From Marsupella aquatica (lineage: Eukaryota; Plantae; Marchantiophyta): a stretch of 64,000 nt of DNA. Below, piece by piece: positions 27,196 to 36,807 of this stretch. Both the position numbers and the translations under genes were made by a program. Below the pieces are notes generated by a model. That model made no database searches, was not told the origin of the DNA, and saw only the letters and a program-made list of their open reading frames with translations. Positions within the stretch are counted from its first letter, which is position 1; each line of letters starts with the position of its first letter. The stretch lies in contig OZ316897.1 in NCBI GenBank assembly GCA_973895155.1, forward strand, positions 14,879,375-14,943,374, read 5' to 3'.

Positions 27196-27312
27196 ACTGA
27201 TGTATATGTTTTGCAGAGCCGATTTAGCCGTGGAGGAGGTTTGTATCGCCGGTTGAATTGAAGAAGGTAGGGTAGAGAAATTGGAGGGTGCTAGAGACCT
27301 TCAATCCAATCA

Positions 27313-29034
27313 ATGGCGTGTTGTCAGCGGGGCCCTGGGGCGCTGATCCGCCGGGGGAGAGTGTCGTCCTATTTTTCTTACTGCTTGGCTACTAGGGCTC
27401 CTCCTCGGCAGGATGCAGTAGCAGCTGCTGCCGCTGCCGCAGTTGTCGATTGCCAGTCGAGAACAGGGCTGAATTTGCTGGAGCAGCGATCATGGTGTGG
27501 GACGAAGAAGTCTGTGGTACAGCAGCAGCAGAGAGGAGGGGGTCTCACTGGAAACAGCAAGCACCTGACGGATGTTTCGTGGTCCAGGCGGGCGTCTTTG
27601 AATCCAATCGGGGCAACAGCATTTCTGAAACCAATTTCTAGTGGGCAACAGCAGCAGTTGCAGTTTGCAAGGGGTTATGCATCTGATGGGGACCTTCCTC
27701 CTCATCAGGAGATTGGGATGCCTTCTCTGTCTCCGACTATGACGCAGGGAAATCTCGCAGGGTGGAAAAAGAAGGAGGGTGATCAGGTGATGGCTGGAGA
27801 TGTTCTTTGTGAAATTGAGACTGACAAAGCGACGTTGGAGATGGAGTGTATGGAGGAGGGCTACCTGGCGAAGATTGTTGTGGCAGATGGTGCCAAAGAT
27901 GTCAAAGTCGGTGAGACCATTTGTGTCGTCGTGGAAAATAAGGATGACATTCCGAAGTTTAGCAATTTTGAGCCAAGTGGAGGCGGTGGTGCTCCTCCTC
28001 CAAAGCAGGAAGAGGCTCCCCCAAAAGAGTCTGCACCACCAGAACCTTCTCCTCCATCAGAATCGAAATCTTCACCACCACCACCTCCACCAAAATCGAA
28101 GTCTCCACCGCCTCCATCGTCAGGCGACCGAATTTTCGCTAGCCCAGCTGCAAAGAAACTTGCAGCAGACAAAAATGTGCCTCTCGACAGCATTAGAGGT
28201 ACAGGCCCTGATGGGCATATAGTGAAGGCTGATATTGAGGACTATTTGGCTTCTGGACCTTCTAAGGCGAAACAGGAGGCGCCAAAGGGACAACAAGCGG
28301 AGTCAACTGGAGAAGCAGCACCAGCTCATAGTGAAGGTTTGGATTACTCAAAGATGTCAAGCAATGAGCTACAAAAGGTCACTGCTCGTCGACTCGTTCA
28401 ATCCAAGCAAACCATACCACATTATTATCTGACCCTTGACACTAGGGTTGACAAGATTGTGGAATTGCAAGAGCAGCTCAACCGATCTCAAGAAGCTGCT
28501 AAGCGGGAGAAGCTTACAATAATTGACTTTGTGATCAAGGCAGCAGCTCTGGCCACAAGGAAGGTGCCCGAGGTTAATAGCTCTTGGACAGAGGATGCCA
28601 TTCGCCAGTATAAGAATGTGAATATCAGTGTGGCAATACAGTCAGAACAGATGGTTCCTGTTGTTAAGGATGCGGATCGAAAAGGGCTGGCAGCCATCTC
28701 AGAAGAGGTCAAGGTCTTAATTGAAAAGACGAGTTCCAACAGCCTGGAGCCAGCTGATTACCAGGGTGGAACGTTTGCAATTACATATTTAGGAGAGGAA
28801 CATGGGGTGAAGCAGTTTTCTGCGATCCTCCATCCTCCACAATCGTGTGTTCTTGCTGTTGGAAGAACCGAGAAAAGAGTAATTCCTGGTCTTGAGCCAG
28901 GACAATTTGTCCTCGGTACATTCATTTCGGTCACTATGAGCTGTGATCATAGAGTTGTAGATGGAGCAATCGGGGCACAATGGCTGGGGGCTTTCAAGGA
29001 TTATATCGAGGACCCCATGACTCTACTACTGTAG
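27313..29034 (+). CDS. DLAT: Mitochondrial pyruvate dehydrogenase E2 (dihydrolipoamide acetyltransferase), single lipoyl domain, intronless, divergent catalytic domain
   Basis: 573-aa ORF. Arg/Ser-rich presequence ending ARGYAS; lipoyl domain MPSLSPTMTQGN...EIETDKAT; Pro-rich linker; PSBD ASPAAKKLA...GTGPDGHIVKADI; core SKQTIPHYYL and SCDHRVVDGAIGAQWL. Confidence 0.95.
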   Translation: MACCQRGPGALIRRGRVSSYFSYCLATRAPPRQDAVAAAAAAAVVDCQSRTGLNLLEQRSWCGTKKSVVQQQQRGGGLTGNSKHLTDVSWSRRASLNPIGATAFLKPISSGQQQQLQFARGYASDGDLPPHQEIGMPSLSPTMTQGNLAGWKKKEGDQVMAGDVLCEIETDKATLEMECMEEGYLAKIVVADGAKDVKVGETICVVVENKDDIPKFSNFEPSGGGGAPPPKQEEAPPKESAPPEPSPPSESKSSPPPPPPKSKSPPPPSSGDRIFASPAAKKLAADKNVPLDSIRGTGPDGHIVKADIEDYLASGPSKAKQEAPKGQQAESTGEAAPAHSEGLDYSKMSSNELQKVTARRLVQSKQTIPHYYLTLDTRVDKIVELQEQLNRSQEAAKREKLTIIDFVIKAAALATRKVPEVNSSWTEDAIRQYKNVNISVAIQSEQMVPVVKDADRKGLAAISEEVKVLIEKTSSNSLEPADYQGGTFAITYLGEEHGVKQFSAILHPPQSCVLAVGRTEKRVIPGLEPGQFVLGTFISVTMSCDHRVVDGAIGAQWLGAFKDYIEDPMTLLL

Positions 29035-30405
29035 GATATCTTCTTTTTTGATCTAGCTTTGGTCTATCCTTTGCGTTACCAAGGTAATAAAGAGTCTTCT
29101 GTTGGAAGTTCTCGTCTAGCAAAGATAGTGAAATTTAAGTTTTCCCAATTGCTCTCTGACTGTCTAGTATATTGATTCATTTCATAAGCAAATTTCTGCG
29201 AAATTGGAGTAAGTTTACTTCAGCATTGCCCCGACTAGGGCCGTTTGGTCTATAATGTAATCAAAGGATTGTAATTAGAGCCTGAGGAGAGAAGTCCATC
29301 ACGTGAATCACGAATCTTTGTTTTAGGTTGTAGAGCTTTGCCATCTGCAAATTTGGAAGTTCACGGCCCTTATCACTTCGGGTGAAGTGGTACAAGAAGG
29401 ATTCTTGTACATAGTCCTTAAAACTTACACCACGTGAAGGGAGACTAGTCTTTGCAGTTGTATCTACCAATGCCTTGTTCCCTTCGGAAGCATTTGAGGG
29501 ATTAAAAAGAGCCTATGTAAAGCAGTACTGGACTTGATTTCTAATTCAGTCACTTTTGTTGAAAGAAAGTTCAGAGTTCTTTTATGTCTACGCTTGTTAA
29601 TTGTCCAGAAGAACTTCAAAAGGGAAGTAGATATCGGATAGAGTGCATTCGAACATGGACAACAACTCTACAGCAAGTAGCAGCCTGCAACAGCCTGCAA
29701 CAGCCGACATGAGAGATTCCTCATGGCCTCAGGTATAGTCACGTCGGTGCGCCATAAACCAACTTGTAGTACTTGTCAGTAGAATTTGTAAAATAAGCAG
29801 CATGATTTGAAGTGCGTAGTCCTCATTGGGGGGTTTGTACATACTATACAAACTGAAATAAACCCCCAATAATGCGCCAATAATTGCTGAAGGAAATTTC
29901 AGCAAAGCCCTGCATCTTTAGACAACTTCTGTCACGAGAATGCCAGCAACAGTAACCTATCATGGGGCAGACCCGGAGCAAAAATATCACAGCACAAACT
30001 AGAGCTTCACAATATCCGCTTTTATCCACAACACAAGTAAATGGATTGAGGGGCCATCATCTCTCTCACACCTCACTCAGCATCAACACTTCCTAAGGAC
30101 AAATCTGTACCTCCACTCAACCAAGTTATGGAACTAAATATATTCCTTAATTCCCAGCGCGATATCACCAACCAGTCCAACCATTACTGAAGTTAGTAAA
30201 GGGTATGCTCATAAATGGTGTGGTAAAGTTGACTATCTGCGTTTGAGGGGGGCTTTACAAGACGGTAGGGGCAGTTCACTCTCTCTTCATCCAGAGCAAA
30301 GCTGATGGCCATTGGCCATTTCATTCCACAAAAGTTAAAATGCCTGAGCCAAAATGTGTCAGGTCTGGAAGTAATCAATGCAATTCCCTTAAAACAAGCG
30401 GCCGT

Positions 30406-30630
30406 TTGCTCCAAGTTTTTAGACCACCTCAAGAGGAGGTCTAAGTTTTTGACAAAAAAGCTTGCACACCTCACCAAAAAAAGGGACCCACAAGGGGCCC
30501 ACTGACAGATGACTACTGTAGGTTGCTCCAAGTTTTTAGACCACCTCAAGAGGAGGTCTAAGTTTTTGACAAAAAAGCTTGCACACCTCACCAAAAAAAG
30601 GGACCCACTGACAGATGACTACTGTAGGTT
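30406..30630. repeat. Tandem duplication, 117-bp period x2, each unit with a small palindrome
   Basis: Near-identical units at 30406 and 30523. Each contains TAGACCACCTC-AA-GAGGAGGTCTA (imperfect inverted repeat). Confidence 0.9.
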
Positions 30631-31429
30631 CGGTAATGCTTTTTGTTCATTGTGCCCCCAAGTTCATGTAAAGTGAAGTGTGGCCAGTTCCCATATATGA
30701 ATGGTTAGGATTGCATCTTTCACTTAGAAAAAATGGAATGGCTGCCCCCAAGTTCTTGTAAAGCCCCCCTGAATTGCCTGAAATCTCTTGACCAGTAGAC
30801 GTGCCTATCCCACTCAAAGAAGTCCTTCCCGGCTCAAGCATTGCGTCCTATTGCGAGAATGGATGGGCGTGGTTGATTGGTCCTAGATTTTCTTTGAATT
30901 GTGGGCATTGTATTCCCTGCATTGACGTGACTCTTTAAATTTACCCTTGGAACATTTTTATTTTTAATAGATTCTCGTTGACAAGTAACTGACGAGCAAA
31001 AGACTCCCTCCTTTATTTGATACATTGCTCCGATATGGTTAGTACTCAATGGAATACGAGATCCAAAACGACAGGTAGACCAATCAGCCAGTGGGTGTTC
31101 GTGTTCTACATGTTGCGAGATCCATAGTCAGGTCCATCGATTGCGACCCAAATCTGCGCAAAATACAGTGAGTCGATGGTCTCTACTGATCACTCGACAC
31201 GACCCACAAGATTCACGGCGACATTCTGACTATGGTAGACGCAGAGAAGATGGTCGCTCGCCCTCTGAAGAATGTTCACCCGATACTGTATTTGTCTGTG
31301 CAAAGATAGCCCCGAAGTACCGCCCCGGCCCGTTCGATCTGGAACGCTGAGTCAGTAGGCTGGGCACCTGTAGATAGTAGCTTGACCGCTGTATTGACGC
31401 TGTCTTATACCAACGCCCATAACGATGAG

Positions 31430-31476
31430 TCCACTTGTACCACTCGCAGCACATTGCTCAGAGTGGTACAAGTGGA
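31430..31476. other. Perfect 16-bp stem hairpin upstream of the decarboxylase gene
   Basis: TCCACTTGTACCACTC (31430-31445) / GAGTGGTACAAGTGGA (31461-31476); the loop contains AGCA-CAT-TGCT. Confidence 0.85.
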
Positions 31477-31854
31477 TCCTACTGACTCGACAGGCCGAGT
31501 CTAATCAGCATGATAAACATCGCAGCTCTGGAGTTCTTGGCTCTGTCGTGCACTCCGGCAGCATGCTTTTAGTTTTTCCTCTCCTCGACCAAAGAGCTAG
31601 TGTACATTTCAAGATTGGTCCCAATAATTAGTTTTCGATACTGATAAGGTTAGTGCATGCAGTCGCAGTGTCATGTTGATAAGAATCTCGTGTTTTCTGT
31701 GTCCTGTATCACAGTTCATAGACTTCGTGTAGAGGACTCTCGGGTTTGAACTTAGTTCTGCCTAGCTGAGCTGAAGAATCAGGCACTCCAAGGACTTGGG
31801 CTGAAATTGGGCGGAGCTGCAATCCTGTTCTTCTTGTTATCCTCACTACGATAA

Positions 31855-31875
31855 ATGTTACGGAGTAGTGCTTAA
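31855..31875 (+). promoter_or_regulatory. Candidate hexapeptide uORF (MLRSSA*) in the decarboxylase 5' leader
   Basis: ATG TTA CGG AGT AGT GCT TAA ending 132 nt before the main ATG. It lies downstream of a plausible leader intron (donor AAG|GTTAGT ~31649, acceptor CACAG ~31714). Confidence 0.4.
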
Positions 31876-32007
31876 TTTTCGGCTGTAGCTAGCGTTTCTA
31901 AGTTCTCTGTTGTCCAATTTGCTCCAGCAACACCGCAGCAACAGGGTGTGGGATCGTACGAATTTGCGATCGAGCTCTCCTTGGATTCGGGTTGTAAACT
32001 TACTGCG

Positions 32008-33590
32008 ATGGCGCTCGCTGTCGGTCATACTAGCAAGTTGAACAATGGTACCAGCAGCCCCTTCTCTTCCTCCCATTTCTTTTCGTCCAGACAGCAAACA
32101 AGCAGTGCCAGTTTGTTTAAGGTTTATGGACAAGGGTCTTTTCAGGCTTCTAGGCGGCTCCAAGTCAGGGCAGCTCGCCCGAAGAAAGCTCACAAGAATC
32201 ACGTGGAGCACCACCGCGAAGCCATAGGCGACTCCAAGCCAGTGCTGCCGCCGAAGTTGGAGCTGAAGTGGTTAAACAATGGTGACGAATTGACGGGCTT
32301 GAAGATGGAGCCGCTGGTTCTTGGCGGCCACGGCATAATGTTCGGCTCCCGCATCCCCAAGCACTACTTCATCATAAAGGGCCTTGGAGAAACCGATCAG
32401 GGAGAGGGGTCAGATCCTTGGGAGACAGGCTCCTACGACCTGGCACTAGAGGATGCTGGTGACTGACTTCCCCATCATCATCACCTGCCTTGCTTAGTTG
32501 AGTTGGCTGTTATTTCACAAGAGTTTAGAAGCATATTGTACGAGGAAATTGACTAGAGAAGCTGGCCGGGCCATGTGCATGCTAAATGCAGAATGCTTTG
32601 AGTAGACTTTCTAAACATCTCCTCTCGGGCCGTGGATATTCACAAGTGAGAGTAGTTAAGTCTTCTCATCAAAGTTGTCCACTTCAATCCTACTTTAGTG
32701 AGGGGTTAGGAGATCGAAAGCTTAATCCATGACATGTGATTCTGGATGTAAACAAACTCTCTCTGGCAATGCATGGAGTTGCATTAATTTGACCCGTTTA
32801 AGTAGAAATATGCCATTAAATGTTGATCATCTCATGGTTTGTGCAAATAGTCTCTGAGGCCGTACTCTACTACGTACCTGGAATAACTGTTCGGGAAGTC
32901 GTTTGTGTACGCCACAAGAAGTGAATGATGTCGAAGTTTCTTGCAGGTATTCAGGATCTCAACATCGTGAAATACACTTCTGTGATACCGCCGGAGGCTG
33001 AGCCTGTTTCAGCGTTAGAGGCGAAGCCATTCTTGCGACATGGAGCTGCGATGGAGACAATAATGTCCGTCATGCACGGCGTCAAGGGTGATCGCATCAC
33101 AGCCGGTGTAGGCCGTGTCCAGGTAGATGCCCATCCATCCCTGCAAGAGTCAGAGGCTGAAGGCTGAAATTCTGGATGTTCGGTCGGAGTGCGCAAGCAT
33201 TGCATTAAACGCATAGATTCCTGATTGCTGAAACATTTTAGAGACGGCTTGTACTGTACTTTGCTCGATTGTACTCGATTGTAGTGTAATCACTTTCGTG
33301 AGCATATGATGAGCCCATTCAAATTCATTTGGCAGATCCGCAGAAAAAAGGACAACTTTCACATTGGAGGATACGCGGCAGAGTACGAGGGCCATGCGAG
33401 CGCGGAAGTTGCGAAAAACATTTTGAAGAAAGACTTGACCGGAATTTTCCACAGACGCTTTGATGACAAGGAGTACGAGTGCTTTGAAGAAGATTTCGTC
33501 ATCCAGGAGGGTGAAATTACAAAATCCTTCGGCTCCGTGTTGGCTGCAATCTGCTTTGTCACCTACGTGCTACCGGCATACACTCGCTGA
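32008..33590 (+). CDS. Pyruvoyl-dependent arginine decarboxylase proenzyme (PvlArgDC; AaxB/PdaD family) with N-terminal plastid transit peptide, 293 aa; exons 32008-32458, 32947-33122, 33336-33590
   Basis: GT-AG splicing (phases 1 and 0) gives 882 nt in frame. Motifs GSRIPKHYF..G.GETD.G...PWETGSYDLALEDAGIQDLNIVKYT^SVIP, RHGAAMETIM, ITAGVG, IGGYAAEY and FGSVLAAICF align by eye with Chlamydia AaxB (GTRYP..[35 protein letters not shown]^SVLP..KHGAVLEVIM..IGGWAAEY..FGFCLTALGF). The N-terminus MALA... is Ser/Phe-rich, acid-poor and ends near RLQVRA. Confidence 0.9.
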
Positions 33591-33704
33591 TGCCATTTCT
33601 CCTGAAACCTTTTCTTCGGCCAGTTGGTCTTCGTGGATGTCATCAACCATGGGGTCCAATTCCCAGTCAGGAAGTTCTCCAATAATGTAGCTCGAGCTTC
33701 GGAG

Positions 33705-34414
33705 CCCGATGATGAACCTCGAATTGCTCGTGCAGTATCCGTTTTCAGTGATTTAATTGATTGATTGAGAATAGAACCAGACGATGGAATTCATTGGGGA
33801 GTCATTGGATCCGGAGACGAGGATCTCTCGAGCAAATTGATGTGCCAAACAAGCTCTGGAAAAGGTTTTTGCTTGCCCGATGATGAACCTCGAATTGCTC
33901 GTCCAGTATCCGCTTTCATGATTCAGTGATTCAATTGATTGATTGAGAATAGAACCAGACGATGGAATTCATTGGGGAGTCATTGGATCCGGACACGAGG
34001 ATCTCTCGAGCAAATTGATGTGCCAAACAAGCTCTGGAAAAGGTTTTTGCTTGCCCGATGATGAACCTCGAATTGCTCGTCCAGTACCCGCTTTCATGAT
34101 TCAGTGATTCAATTGATTGATTGAGAATAGAACCAGACGATGGAATTCATTGGGGAGTCATTGGGTCCAGAGACGAGGATCTCTCGAGCAAATTGATGTG
34201 CCAAACAAGCTCTGGAAAAGGTTTTTGCTTGCCCGATGATGAACCTCGAATTGCTCGTCCAGTACCCGCTTTCATGATTCAGTGATTCAATTGATTGATT
34301 GAGAATAGAACCAGACGATGGAATTCATTGGGGAGTCATTGGATATGGAGACGAGGATCTCTCGAGCAAAGCAAATTGATGTGCCAAACAAGCTCTGGAA
34401 AAGGTTTTTTGCTT
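33705..34414. repeat. Tandem array, 4 x ~178-bp near-identical units
   Basis: Units start CCCGATGATGAACCTCGAATTGCTCG at 33705, 33876, 34054 and 34232 (periods 171, 178, 178). Confidence 0.95.
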
Positions 34415-36807
34415 GGAACATCATGACGTGATGCTTCCACACCAGTTGATTCAGATGTGGGATTCACAAATAAATGACTACCTGCTGAGCAAATGATCTC
34501 TTACCAGTGGAATTCCTTATATATGGACAACGAAAGTGTGTATAATTAACTAAACCTTGCAAGACCAAAAATTGGTGAGTGAGTAATTCGATGTAGGAAA
34601 TTGAAATGAACCCTTTCTCCAGAAATCTATTATTGTGGTTAGAGTCTGAAAATGTGGTGTAGCATAACCCATGGCCCTGAATCACTACTAAGGGCGTAGG
34701 GTAGAAGGTATTTAATGGGCTGGAGGGGGTTATTGGGTGTAATCCCTGCGTGAGGGGAACCCCTGGACACCCCTTAGGGTACATCCCTGCCTGAGAGAGT
34801 TACAATTCATTACCCCCTATCAGCCCATGGGTTACCAAGCATAAATTATACTTGGGAGGAGTTGCAACCTTGATTAATGCCATTGACACACAGATCTAAA
34901 TCAGGGAACCTAGGGCCCAGGCTGGCAATTAGATTATGGCCCATAACTTTCAATGAAAATATGAAGCAAAACTCACAATGAGGGCTGCCCATGGCCCTGA
35001 GTGGTTATGGGCTGTAATCCTCCAGGACTTTAAAACCTGAAGTTCCCAACGAGACCATGGATTATGTGCGTCGGACCCTGAGTGTAATTTTGCCCTATTT
35101 CAGATGTGGTGTAGCATAATCCATTGCCCTGAGAAAATATGGCTCTGTTCCCCAGGGGTTTACTACCCATAGCCCTCAAAAGACCATGAATAAAAAAACT
35201 AGAAGAAATACATAAGGAGGGGTTTAGTTGGGATACGTGCTGCAAGAACTCATTTCCTCTTCCCAGCTTGGTAGGTATTATACATTAAAGTCCTGTTTAG
35301 AGTTCATTACGTGATATAGGCCACCCCCCCCCACACACACAGACACACACGAGCTTCATGTTTGGAGGTCATTATGGGATATATATAACGCCCCCCAAAA
35401 CAAGACCTTCAGCTCCAGTATTGAGGGAATATGATTGTCAGTAATGCTCGAAACAAGACCATGCTACATTGAAAGGCTTGAGAGATTTTTATTTCTTTGA
35501 ATGTTAGTAAGTAAACATAGAGTAGAATCTTCCTAAAGAGGTGATCAAGATCTTGACAAGACAATATGCTCCTGGATTTCCCAGAAAATTGCTAAGGGAA
35601 AATCACAAAGGGCATTAAGTACATCATAGGTCCATGTTCCCAGCGCATTGTGGGTTATAACATCCTCCAAAAATTAGGGCTTTAACTCAAGTTTTGAGAG
35701 ACTATTATTGCTTGTCATGGCCCTATACCAAGTAGTTAACACACTTAATCCCTGTTAATACTTTTTCTGGTTCTTTTTCTCCTGTCTTCCCACTTGAAGT
35801 CAATTATCCAGTACGTCAATACCAATTTAATTCTTCCTCTTTTAATATAAACATATTCTCCTGTTGTTTCAGGTGCAATAGAGCTACTTTACTCATGAGT
35901 CTTGTTGTATGATGACCCTTGTACCATGTGTGAACCTGGCTACTGAATGGAGTCAATTGGCAAGCCCATTTGTCAACAGATTCACTCAACTTTGCCTTTT
36001 GAGGTTAATGAGGGTGTATAATATTTTGGACCCACTCCTATAGTTCAGCATTGAAACATGCTACCACCTGGCCGACTATTCCTTTTCATAGCGGTGAACT
36101 CGGACAAGTTGATAATGAGCAAAGTGGAGAATCATTTTAGTCCTAAGTGGTGCCCGGAAATTTCATCACAAAGATCATCAGGTCATTCTGATGTTTGTTG
36201 ATGTAGAAGAGAAGAAGTGTAAATTTCTACATTTGTTTGATGTCTTTCTTCAGCCAAAAAGATTTGATATGCATTCCCCATCAATAGGTATACGGCTGAG
36301 TTTCACAATGTTGTGTTTGCAGTTAGCTCAGACATATGGTAATCCGGGGGTAAATCCAAAGTGAGCTGCAGACCAAGTTGCTCAACATTCACAAACCTAG
36401 TTCACCTTTCTGTCACAGTCCATACCAACTCATTTGCATCCCAGTGATTTAAACTCTCTAACCAGGACATTCTTGTAAAAGGAACCCAACAAAAGGAGGG
36501 GATTCCTTGACATTAATCTAAATGAAAATATAGGAAAGTTGATAATGTTAAAATGCGGAAAAATACCTCTAATGTGAAAGCTATGTTGCCTCCTATCACC
36601 AATGCAATGGGTGACTTAGGCTACATGATAGAGGTTGTGAGGAAGAGTGGATGTTGAAGACAGAGAATGTGTTTGGGCTCGAGCAGAATTTCTTTTGGTC
36701 CTTCATCCAGCAAATTGCCCTACTTAATTAGCTTCTTGCTTGGCTTTATAAATAAATAGGTCTTCACGACGTAACTTGTATGGTATCTGAGCCTCTTCAA
36801 AGAACTT

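Noticed and set aside
26749-27261. ORFs with SL/ER repeats
   Set aside because: Artefacts of CT/GA microsatellites.
31948-32007. Upstream GTG start for the decarboxylase given by the ORF track
   Set aside because: Nuclear gene; ATG 32008 has good context (GCGATGG) and begins a typical transit peptide.
33705-34414. CRISPR-like array
   Set aside because: Units are repeated over their full length with no unique spacers; eukaryotic context and no cas genes.
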